A stretch of DNA of 63,212 nucleotides, filler included, from Chiloscyllium plagiosum (Eukaryota): NCBI RefSeq assembly GCF_004010195.1. It is 5 parts of one record of this genome, joined end to end, with 100 filler letters (N's around TTAATTAATTAA, not from the genome) between each part and the next. Parts side by side here need not be neighbours in the genome. Positions count along the whole stretch, not along the records: positions 49,366 to 59,330 come from NC_057713.1; positions 59,431 to 63,212 come from NC_057713.1; 3 more parts are not named here. The stretch is one strand, 5' to 3'. The translations under genes were made by a program, and so were the position numbers. Positions 49,366 through 60,185 of this stretch are shown piece by piece (the first letter of the stretch is position 1; each line of letters begins with the position of its first letter). A model generated the notes under the pieces. The model saw only the letters and a program-made list of their open reading frames with translations, was not told where the DNA came from and ran no database searches.

Positions 49366-50255
49366 GAGATTCACACAGATGATCCCTGGAATAGTAGGTC
49401 TAACATATGAGGAACGGTTGAGGATCCTGGGATTGTATTCATTGGAGTTTAGAAGATTAAGGGGAGATCTAATCGAACTTGCAAGATAATACATGGCTTG
49501 GAAAGGGTGGATGCTAGGAAACTGTTTCCGTTAGGCGAGGAGACTAGGACCCGTAGACACAGCCTTAGAATTAGAGGGGGTAAATTCAGAACAGAAATGC
49601 GGAGACATTTCTTCAGCCAGAGAGTGGTAGGCCTGTGGAATTCATTGCCACAGAGTGCAGTGGAGGCTAGGACGCTAAATGTCATCAAGGCAGAAATTGA
49701 TAAATTCCTGATGTCACAAGAAATTAAGGGCTACGGGGAGAATGCGGGTAAGTGGAGTTGAAATGCCCATCAGCCATGATTGAATGGCGGAGTGGACTCG
49801 ATGGGCCGAATGGCCTTACTTCCGGTCCTATGTCTTATGGTCTTATGGGTCGGTGTGGACTTTTTGGGCCGAAGGGCCGGTTTCCACACTGTAAGTAATC
49901 TAATCTAATCTAATCTAATCTAATCTAATAAATAGAATGGAGAGTAAGATGCTTTTTCCCAGGGTGGAAAAAGCATCTACCAGACAGCACACGTTCAAGG
50001 TAAGAGGGGAAAAGTTTAGGGGTGAAATGGAGGCAAACTCTTTCACACAGAGGGTGGTGGGTGCCTGGAATGCACTGCCAGTGGAGGTAGTGTTTCAGGC
50101 ATATCTTGACAGGCACATGAACGGGAATTGAACCGAGGGATATAAACCCTACACATGTAATAATTGGTGGGTCTAAATAAGGATTAGGGATCAGCTGAGG
50201 CTAGGTGGGCCGAAGGGCCTGCACCTGTGTTGTTTTTTATTGTATTGTGTTGTAT
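49366..50255 (+). mobile_element. Cluster of CR1 3' ends with an HE1 tail between them
   Basis: Peptides FFSQRVVGLWNSLP and FTQRVVGAWNALP. (AATCT)n at 49898-49928. Confidence 0.85.
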
Positions 50256-50439
50256 ATATCTTCATCACCTGTGCCAAAAGTGTATAATGTCATCTTTGTC
50301 AAGCGTGTGGTGCTGGAAAAGCATAGCTCGTCAGGCAGTATCCGAGGAGCAGGAGAATCGATGTTTTAGGCAAAAGCCCTTCATCAGGAAACCACCTTTG
50401 TGCGGGTTGATTAGGAAAACAATAGGAGAAAAGAAAATA

Positions 50440-50846
50440 GAGAGTGTCCTTGTTGCACAGTAGCAATATCCCTAACTGTGAGCTTGGAGGCACAGAACCA
50501 GTCCCATCTGTCTCAGGTTTGTGCTGTAACATATGTGACAGTACGGATCTACCTATAATTGTGAGGGTCTTGTGGCACAGCGGTAGTATCCCTACCTTTA
50601 TTCCAGAAGATCTATGTTCGCATCCCTCCTGCCCTGGAAGTGTGTCAGAACAGATTGATAAAAAATATTTAGGGCTCTTGTGGCATAGCAGTTGTGTCTT
50701 TACTTTTGAGCCAGGTGACTTAAGTTCAAGTCCCACCTGCCCAGAAATAGTGTCCCTGAGTCAGGTTTTAGGAGTTAACCTGGATTCAGATCCCCACTAT
50801 TCCAGGGTGTGTAATAACATCTCTGAATAGTTAATTAGAAAATATC
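50440..50846 (+). repeat. Tandem run of 3-4 diverged tRNA-like short SINE monomers (about 110-120 bp)
   Basis: Recurrent cttgtggcacagcggtagtatccctacc...gttcaagtcccacctg heads at about 50449, 50569 and 50677. Solo relatives at about 56535-56635 (-) and 56770-56870 (+). Confidence 0.6.
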
Positions 50847-51522
50847 AAGAAGAGAAGCTGGAGATTATTTATGAAGGTTATAAACAAGAGAACAAACAGT
50901 TTTTGTTTCTCCTGAGTTTCACAAATGTTTCATTATGTATTCACTAGATAAACAACAGAAATTTATGGTTAATTGTTCCTAAAATACAAGGAGCCTTATC
51001 TTCCTACCTTTCCCAGATGAATTGCTGTTTAATGAAGACTTCTGTGTTTTATATCAACAAATCAGTTTGACATGTGGTCTTTGCACGTTACGTCTCTTCA
51101 TTATGATTGTATTGGACCTCAAAATGAATCAAACGCTTCACTGTAAATAAAATTCCAATTGTATGTGTAACAATATTTTGACCTTTCCTATCATGCATGA
51201 CCAACCAATTCATGCATTCTCCACAGCTTCCTACATTGTGGTTTAGCGCTTTCTGCTTATTACTTGTCTTCAGACTGAAAAGGTAATTGCTGATTCATAT
51301 CTAATAATATTTGTATTGCATCTGTCTCTACCAGAGTTGAAAAATACAGTTTTCCAATCGATTTGTAAACTGTGGAGAGAATTATGATATGAAAGATTTA
51401 CAGTTTTTATTCACTGAACAATGTTATATACAGCAATAGATTTACATTGGAACATTGAAAAATGATCAGCAAAATCCGTCCTTAAAACTGGATAGGTTCC
51501 ATTACATAATTGAATTCTCAAC

Positions 51523-52277
51523 CTGTATCTGATTTCCTGAGTTACGATTCTCTATCTTCTGTGGAGAATCTCATCAGTTTTATGCCTTTTTACTGAAACA
51601 AATTGTATCTGCTGCTTCTAAAGTCTCATCATTCGGAGAGGAGGTGACTGAATTTGTCCATGTACAAAGGGGCCAAACCGATTGAAAGAAAAGGCAGAAA
51701 AAGAAAGATATTGAGAATATTAGAGTCTGAACACAAGTCACTGGGAAAGGATTTGCTTAGAGTGCAATCTTATTTGTTGGATTTACAACAAGCATTGGAT
51801 GGTCTATGAATAAACTTTAATTCTATTTGTGAATTGTTGAAGATTTCATGTGGCTCAAAATCGAATTTGATTCTCTAAAACCTGATAGCCAAAGAAACAA
51901 CATGGGTAAAGCAAAACGTTCAGATCATTTGAAATAATGTTTGTTGCGACAGGTTTATATTTGCGAACTTTAGGATAAAGCGAATTATGCGATTGATTTT
52001 TGATGGTGAATCGTTCACATTTGGCAGCTTTTCCTATCCGTCCACAGTCTTAAAGATGATAGACTTTCATTCTTGTTGATACTCAAGAGAATATGTGTGA
52101 TGAGGTTAAATAACCATTTTTGGGTGAATGTGCTGGACATCGTAAGTGTGTGCAGAAGCAATTCAATACTTTCTAAAGCTGAGCGACCCTTGGATCTTTC
52201 AGCATCTCACATATTGAACAAGCTTCACCATGGTGTTATCATGTGACTCTTTGCTATGCAATATCACTTTTCCAGTC
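51523..52277 (-). pseudogene. Unknown decayed gene, exon 3 (large, many stops, at least one frameshift; 3' boundary uncertain)
   Basis: Acceptor cctacAG. Contains HHGEACSICEMLKDPRVAQL, similar to the exon 6 motif. Confidence 0.5.
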
Positions 52278-53053
52278 CTGTAGGCATAGACTAGATTTCA
52301 TGAAATTTAATCACAGTCAACCACAAATGAAGGACAAATAATTACCCTTGAGGCTGAAAACTAAGAAACCTCAGACCAGTTAAGAAAGAATGATTTTGGT
52401 ATATATTTTTGCAGGATGTCATTCCAGTGAGGAGAAACACCCCTTATTTGGTAACATGGTTTCTTCTTTGTATAGATTTTAAAATCCAGTCTGCCACATG
52501 TCCAGTGATGTCAAACTTTCTGGTCTTTGTTAACAAATTGTTATTCCTCAAAACGTCACTGCAAGTCCAGGGGTACACATATATTGTATTGCTCTTGTCT
52601 ATATTTTCTGTTATTTCTTTGATGAACTCAATATTTTTGATCCAATATGACCTCCATTTTGGAAATACAGCTTATTTATTTTGCGTCTGTCTCTGGAGGC
52701 TTGATTTTGTTGCCACCATATTATGTCTGCTGCCTCCCAGATGTTTGAGATAATTGTGCAATTTTATATTGATAGAGGAGCTGACATTGAATGTGTGTCT
52801 CAGATCTCACTATGGGATGCAGAATGATGTATTGTCAGTTTAGTGCACCATTGAAGTGGTGAGTGATGTAGCATCCTGGAGACTTGTGTATTTGTGGGCA
52901 GAACAATAGATGTTGATATTATTACTTTGATAGTTATTTCAACAAGGCAACACAAAATTTACAGCTGAACCGTAATTTAATAAAAAATGCATGGGATCCA
53001 CTTGAATGGTTGAAGTAAAATGCAATGACGTATGCAACTGGCAAAATGTTTGT

Positions 53054-53365
53054 GGGCAGCATGGTGGCACAGTGGTTAGCACTGCTGCCTCACAGCACCA
53101 GAGACCCGAGTTCAATCCCCGCCTCAGGCGACTGACTGTGTGGAGTTTGCACATTCTCCCCGTGTCTGCATGGGTTTCATCCGGGTGCTCCGGTTTCTTC
53201 CCACAGTCCAAAAATGTGCAGGTTAGGTGAATTGGCCATGCTAAATTACCCGTAGTGTTAGGTGAAAGGGTAAATGTAGGGAAATGGGTCTGGGTGGGTT
53301 GCGCTTTGGCGGGTCGGTGTGGACTTGTTGGGCTGAAGGGCCTGTTTCCACACTGTAAGTGATCT
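53054..53365 (+). mobile_element. HE1-like V-SINE, full length
   Basis: A/B-box head (gtggcacagtggttagc, gagttcaatccc), V-domain and tail. Confidence 0.92.
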
Positions 53366-54778
53366 GATATAGTGTTTAACTGGCCATTCTGAGCCTTCTA
53401 GATTTAACTATCGTAACAGCAAACTTACAGCTGTTATATTAATAGCCTATCCAGATCCTACTACTGCAAAGAGCAATCCAATGATTATGAGAATCAGACT
53501 AGGTGAAAATAAAATAAACAAAAGTACTGAGCCCCACTTCAACATCCAGTTGCAAGGCAAGAATTATTGTTGTTGTAAGGTTTTCTGCTTTAGGTGTAAT
53601 TGCCAAACCAGTTATAAATTGCATCCCAAATGACATTTGTCGAGAAGTGAGTTTTTGCTCAAATCTATTTGCATATTTGTAAACACAAGTTTCAGCACAA
53701 AAAATGCAATTTTGTTGTTTTAAACAAAGATTACTTTTTTAAAAAGTCATAATATGTTTTAAGCACAGTAACTTGATACAATTTAATTAATATTACTGGA
53801 ATGGGCTTTGGCAAAATCACAAGCAGTCTACCTTCTGGCTGAGATTTAAAGATCATGATCGGCCTATACAGTTGAAAACTGTGACCCTCCCACTAGCATA
53901 TGGGCCCCTACTCTGATTTAACACTATTCAGGCACTTAACCAGTTGACAACAGGCTCCCAAACATATTCACTAGAAGACCAACATTTGAGAGCTGCCAGA
54001 CACTGAGAAACTGGCAGGTTACCAGTACTGAGACAAAAATTAGTTGGAACAGTGGGTCAGTAGGTGGAATGGAAGAGGAAGGCGGGGCTGGAAAGGGAGT
54101 CCGGGATTGATGGGAGGTGGAAGCATTCTTGAAGAAGTGTTATACCCGAAACGTCGACTTCTCCACCTCATGATGCTACTTGGCTTTCTGTTTCCTGCCT
54201 GTCTACTTTAGGTAACCAGTACTAGCAGAACAGGGCTGAAGATCTGAAAATCATCAACAGAGCTCTGACGTAAAAGTAAGTGAGGTGTAATCTCTAGGCC
54301 AGCCAGCGAGACCAAGGGAAGGGAGAACAGTTCTAATGGTTGGCGTAGGTTGGACTCAAAGACCAGTCTCAACTCTCCTTGCCCAAGATTTAATCAAGGG
54401 CAGTTGAAAGTTTTATCCTGCATGTTGCTGTTCAACTACACATCCCCCTCCACTGTTCAACTTGCTGAAAGGGAGCAGCATTAAATTCCACCTTTCTTAA
54501 AAAAATGGCGTGTGTAACTGATAATGTAAGTGTGTGGGCCATTTAATTTTCTTTTAACAATCACATTTTTAGGCACAACTTAAAGGGGTCAGCTTGTGGA
54601 CAACTTGTGCTCTTACATTGCTCAGAGGGAACATTGGTATCAATTCGCCACCTATGAGGAACTCAATGTAAATTGCTGAAAATTCCTTTTAAAAACATGG
54701 GATTTCTTTTCTCATATTGCACTATAACAGTCAGTTTCTTGGTATTTTGTTTTTAAAAAGAGCCTTTTAAAATCATAC

Positions 54779-55011
54779 TGCTGAAGTTCTTGTAACCAAT
54801 TGTCTTCAAAGACTTGAAAATGACCACCATTAGCTGGAACTCTCAATCGTGATTACTTCACATTGGGAAAGTGGCCAGTTTAATGGGTGAGCTGCATTGC
54901 TGGTACAATGTTTCTGAAGTAGCGCAAAATATCTTGCAAAGCTCTGGATGTATTTTGCACTTAGAGTTACTCAGTATCTTGTTTCAGTTACACCAAAATC
55001 ATTCTACTACA
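54779..55011 (-). pseudogene. Unknown decayed gene, exon 2
   Basis: Strong acceptor tatttgctattttcAG, phase 2 matching exon 1. VVE*FWCN*NKILSNSKCKIHPELCKIFCATSETLYQQCSSPIKLATFPM*SNHD*EFQLMVVIFKSLKTIGYKNFS; all 4 stops are TGA. Donor GTATGA. Confidence 0.6.
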
Positions 55012-57402
55012 CTGAAAATAGCAAATACTGAAAATAGGAGTAAAAGTGAGCTTAATCCCCAGACCATTTAAGGTTCTCACAGAGCTTTAATTGATATCAA
55101 CAAAGTGACATTTTACAGATGATAAGTCACTAATTAGAGTGACAAACCTTTGCAGTAAAGCCTGTCAACTTGCACAGAGGACATAAGAAGTACTCTTCAC
55201 ATAGTTTATTAAATTTGACTTCCTTGTAACCATGATGTACTTTTGCAAAATAAAAGTTTAGCAATAACCTAAACATGAATTATAACAAGAGCTGTCTGAT
55301 TTTTAAAAAAATTGTTCTGGTTTGAACGTACTGTTCAAAAAAGCAAAAGGGTTAGACAGAATTCTCCACTTGAAAAATACATTAAAGTTTTGCTATTTGT
55401 ACACTTTAAGAAATAGTACCGGCTTCTTGGTGATGGTGTGGAATGGATGGGGAAGGGTTTTCAGGAGACTCCAGAAGCAGAATTGTTAGCTTTTAATGGC
55501 GGCAAACTTAGAGACAGGAAGATCAATTAATTAAAGGGAATGATGGTGGATCCAAACTCTGCCATGTTCTCACTGCCACTGGAATTATGTTCCGAGTAGC
55601 TGTGGTCTACTTTCCCATACCACTGCCAATTGATGCTCATAAATGGCCAATGAAAGATCATTCAGAGTCTAGGCCTGGTACCAATAGGAGTAATCGACTA
55701 GCAAACAGCCTGCCACCTTGCTCCTTACACAACAAAGTCAACCTGTGGTGACAGCTTGTCACCATTGTGGTAGAGTGGACTGGGGGGGGAGGGGGAGGGG
55801 CGGTGATTAGCAGGGTGGAGTTTGTGACATTGATTGCCTCTGACAGAGGGACAATGTCCTTTTGAGAGACTTGATTTATTTTTAATTCATTCATGGGATG
55901 TGGGTATCGCTGGCTGGGTCAGCATTTATTGCTCATCCCTAGTTGCCTTTGAGAAGGTAGTGGTGAGTTGCTTTCTTGAACTGCTGCAGTCCATTAGTGT
56001 AGGTATATCCATAATGCCATTCAGCAGGGAATTTGAGCCGTGACATTGAAGGAACAGTGATGTATTTCCGCATTAGGATGTTGAGTGTTTTGGAGGAGAT
56101 CTTTGAGGTGCTACTACGTGACTTGTTCCAATATACATCTGTTGCTCTTGTCCTTCTAAATAGTAGTGGAAGGTGCAGTCTAAGGAGCCTGGGTGGATTT
56201 CTGAAGGAGGATGGACACTGTTAGCCACTCCCTTTCCTTCCTGAACCCCGGCTGTCTGTGATCCCCAACCCAATAAAATAACCCCATCACAAATCATTTG
56301 TCTTTGTCCTGCGTCTTCTGACATGCTAGAACTCGGAAGGTGCTATCTGGAAGCAGCCAAGGCCTTCTCTGTGGCATTACTGAGTGTGAGAGGTGCTGCC
56401 TGAAAGATTCTGCCTTTGCTATATACTGCATCCATCTCGTATGCAGATAAATCTTGCAGCTGCAAGCTTTGGCTAACAAAACTGTGAAGCCAATGGGGAT
56501 CAAAATAATTCTTGATAAGATTTAATTTTAAGGTATTTAACCTGTTCAAAGATATTGTAGCACACCTCTGGAGATGGTGGGACATGAACTCAAGCCTCCT
56601 GGATCAGAGTTAGAAACATTACAACCACATCACGAAAACCCAAGATTTCACTTTGACAGGATAGTCTAAATGGTGATCATCACTTGTACCAACTGGTGTT
56701 GGTTCTGTGTACACCACTAATATCTACCTGCGAGATATTTTACGTTCCGATGAAAAGACAGCATCATAGGGCTCTTGTGGGGCAGCTGTCAAATCATTAT
56801 CTTCAAGTCAGGAGGCCTGGGTTCCAGAGATGGTTAATGATGCCTCTTGATCAGAAAAATAGATTAAATAAATAAATCAGAGCCAATCTCTCACTTTACA
56901 AAAAAAAAGTCATCCTAAAAGTTAATTCTGTTTCTGTCTCCACAGATGCTACCTAGCCTGCTGAGTGTTTCCAACATTTTGTTTGCTTTTGTTTCAGCTT
57001 TCCAGCATCCATATGAAATATTTTATTTTGTGATGGCAGACATGGTTGTTAATTGTCCACTAAAGATGTATTTTAGGATAATTGACCCTAATGAGATGAA
57101 TGATCTGGGTTGCAACAACCTAAAACATTTAATTTATCTCATGCATAAAGCCTGAAAGGCTTTAATGAAGACGTCAAACAGAAGTGCTAACATCACAGTA
57201 TAATGCTTCCTGGCACAGAGGAGACCCTTTTCTTGTGATCACAATGCAAACGATACTTCAAACTAAACAAATAATTCTGAATAGATGGTTTAAGTGATAC
57301 AATATACTTCCTTAATGACTGCTATTGAAGTTAATTAGTCAGTCAGTGCTGAGAGGCCCTTCTCTGATGATTAAATTTTAAGCCTGTTAGTGAAATACTT
57401 AC

Positions 57403-57470
57403 CACCGATTGTGACACGAAAGAGGATGTTGACAAGTGCGCGGTATTGTGATCAACCTCCTATTTTCCAT
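57403..57470 (-). pseudogene. Unknown decayed gene, exon 1 (coding part)
   Basis: Kozak aaaATGG, MENRRLITIPRTCQHPLSCHNR and a perfect donor TG|GTAAGT. Confidence 0.62.
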
Positions 57471-57568
57471 TTTCACTACATGAGGTAGGACAAGTGCTTG
57501 AGGTTTCATTGACTAGTTTGAAACACATTAAGATCAGACAAGTTATTTGTGGGCTAAGCAAATGGCAA

Positions 57569-57581
57569 TTATATACTTCCG
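57569..57581 (-). promoter_or_regulatory. Candidate core promoter (ETS + TATA) of the decayed gene
   Basis: Minus strand CGGAAGTATATAA about 100 nt upstream of the ATG. Confidence 0.45.
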
Positions 57582-58427
57582 TTTTGAGAAAGCAACACTA
57601 AAAACTCCATGTTTACAGCAGTGCACTAAAGTACAACATATGGATGACTGATGAATTAGTGGGTTACAGCACAGCATGTTTTTTGATGATTAGCTCTGCA
57701 AGTTGTTCCACAGTACTGAATAGTGTCTTTTTTTTTGGAATAGTTCCATGTTTTGAAATAAACCTTGAGTACAATAACATCATCTAACAAGCAGTGCTGA
57801 GTGTTATATTGAATTATTACAGTTTCTCTGTGCATATAATTACTTGCTCTACAGTAATAAAAGATGTTACTCCATTGATGACTCATAGTCCAGAATATAA
57901 GTATGTGGAACAAAAAAAATCATAACGTATTTATTTCTGCAATTTTTTTTTCAAAGTTTAATGTATCTGTTGTTATTTTATTTCCATAAAACAAAACATA
58001 TATGCAACTGGTCATCAGTTGAAATGTACAAGTCAACTGTCTATCATTGTCCGACGTTTTAGTTGTTGAAATTATAATCTAGAGAATGATTTAAAAAAAC
58101 TTGTTCTCATCAAGATGAAAAATATCAATACTGATGAATAATAGTCTTCTCATTTGGTTTGCCATAACAGGCGAAAGCTTAGGAAGTGATTTAGTTTAAC
58201 TGATCTTAGAAGGTGGTTAATACAGATGTTATTCCCCTGTTTAGACTCCCATACTGACCATGAATGTTGACCGATGAAACTATCAGTTTTGCCAACCTCT
58301 TTTTGTGCTGTAGATTAATAAACACTAACAGCTTAATTTATATTGCTCAGACTTGTCTCATTTGTGTCCCTTGGAAACTGAACATTTTTAACTATAATTC
58401 CAGACTGCATTTGAATTAAGCTTTCAT

Positions 58428-59330
58428 GGAGTGCCACAAGGATCGGTGCTGGGTCCACTACTTTCTGTCATTTATAGAAATGATTTGGATGTGAGCATAG
58501 GAGTTTTAGTTAGGAAGTTTGCAGATGACACCAAAATTGGAGGTGCAGTGGATAGCGAAGAAGGTTACCTCAGACTACAACCAGATCTTGATCAGATGGG
58601 CCAATGGCCTGAGGAGTGGCAGGAGGAGTCTAGTTTAGATAAATGTGAGGTGCTGCATTTTGGAAAAGCATATCAGAATCGGACTTATAAACTTAATGGT
58701 AAGGTCCTGAACAAAGAGACCTTGGAGTGCAGGTTTATAGTTTCTGGAAATTAGAGTCATGAGTAGATAGGATAGTGAAGAAGTTGTTTGGTATGCTTTC
58801 CTTTATTCGTCAGAGCATTGAACAGAGGAGTTCGGAGGCTGATACAATTGCATTTAAAAGGCGTCTGGATGGGTATATGAATAAGAAGGGTTTGGGAGGC
58901 TGGTACAGTTGCAAAATGTAAAGGCAACTGGATGAGTATATGAATAGGAAGGGCTTGGAGGGATATGGCCGGGTGTTGGCAGGTGGGACTAGTTGTTGTG
59001 GTTCTGTTCGCCGAACTGGGAATTTGTGTTGCAGACATTTCGTCCCCTGTCTAGGTGACATCCTCAGTGCTTGGGACCCTCCTGTGAAGCGCTTCTGTGA
59101 TCTTTCCTCCGGCATTTGTAATGGTTTGAATCTGCCGGTTCCGGTTGTCAGTTCCAGCTGTCCGTTGCAGTGGTCGGTATATTGGGTCCAGATCGATGTG
59201 CTTATTGATTGAATCTGGATGAGTGCCATGCCTCGAGAGGAATTCCCTGGCTGTTCTCTGTTTGGCTTGTCCTATAATAGTAGTGTTGTCCCAGTCGAAT
59301 TCATGTTGCTTGTCATCTGCGTGTGTGGCT
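58428..59330. mobile_element. CR1 fragment (+, 58428-58992) followed by a Penelope 3' end (-, 58993-59330)
   Basis: PQGSVLGPLL..KFADD. The Penelope arm matches 19160-19450 and has a hammerhead motif at about 59034-59067. Confidence 0.85.
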
Positions 59331-59430
59331 NNNNNNNNNNNNNNNNNNNNNNNNNNNNNNNNNNNNNNNNNNNNTTAATTAATTAANNNNNNNNNNNNNN
59401 NNNNNNNNNNNNNNNNNNNNNNNNNNNNNN

Positions 59431-59687
59431 CTGTGGAATCCTCTGCTGCAGCTGGAGAGGGTGGGGGAGGGGTTCCTGCTTGCTGAGAGCTGCGGGCTCC
59501 CTTCCCTTTAGTCATTTTAACTTAGGATTAAATTGTTTAAATGTAATATTACACAACTAATTAAATTACACAACTATTATAAATGATTTGGTGAGCGTGG
59601 TAGGGGGTGGGTGACCCACTGTACCCAAGTCTTGGGAGGAGGACTATAGACTCAGTCTTGCTGGGTCGCCGCCATCTTGGATCCCCC
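59431..59687 (-). mobile_element. Probable 5' end of a LINE running into a gap
   Basis: Minus strand starts GGGGGATCCAAGATGGCGGCGACC, a G-run plus YY1 motif as at L1 5' termini. Confidence 0.5.
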
Positions 59688-59689
59688 GA

Positions 59690-60185
59690 TTCTCATCCTT
59701 GATTTTCAGTTTGACAGAGAGGTCGTTTCCATGCTTCCCAGGTCCCCATTAAAAACACAGACGCTTCTTTAGAATTTGTGACAGATCACTCTCAGAGTTT
59801 GATGAGTGATTGACTTCAGTCCAGTTAAGTTTGATTTTCTCCAACCACATTCTTCCCAATAAAGCTGGAAGACTTCCTTTGATAATGTGAAAGAACATAT
59901 CTTCAAACTGACAGTGTAAATGGACATTCTCATTGATATAACCCCATAAAGGCATTGCTTCACCCATATATGTACTTTGTATAATTCTTAAGGGTTTCAG
60001 AGCAGACTGATTCAGCTCATTCTGATGCACATTTTCAGGTATCAATGCCATCTCAATGTTCACCTCCACTTTTACCGTTGTGCCATTCAGTAAAGGGAGT
60101 GACCCAGTATCGATTGGTGTCACCAGCAATGGCTAACTCCTCTTTGGTCTGAGAGTCAGGGCTTTTCTCGTGGTCTTTGTTGTGA
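59690..60185 (-). mobile_element. Ty3/Gypsy pol fragment (aspartic protease region), degenerate
   Basis: YWVTP..LNGTTVKVEV..TYMGE..LPALLGRMWLEKIKLNW. Confidence 0.75.

Noticed and set aside
52409..52753. 114-aa hydrophobic plus-strand ORF
   Set aside because: The opposite strand reads as an eroded CR1-type RT (EFIKEITENIDK..HVADWI), so the ORF is incidental.
53054..53130. tRNA-like A/B boxes
   Set aside because: These are heads of SINEs, not cloverleaf tRNA genes.
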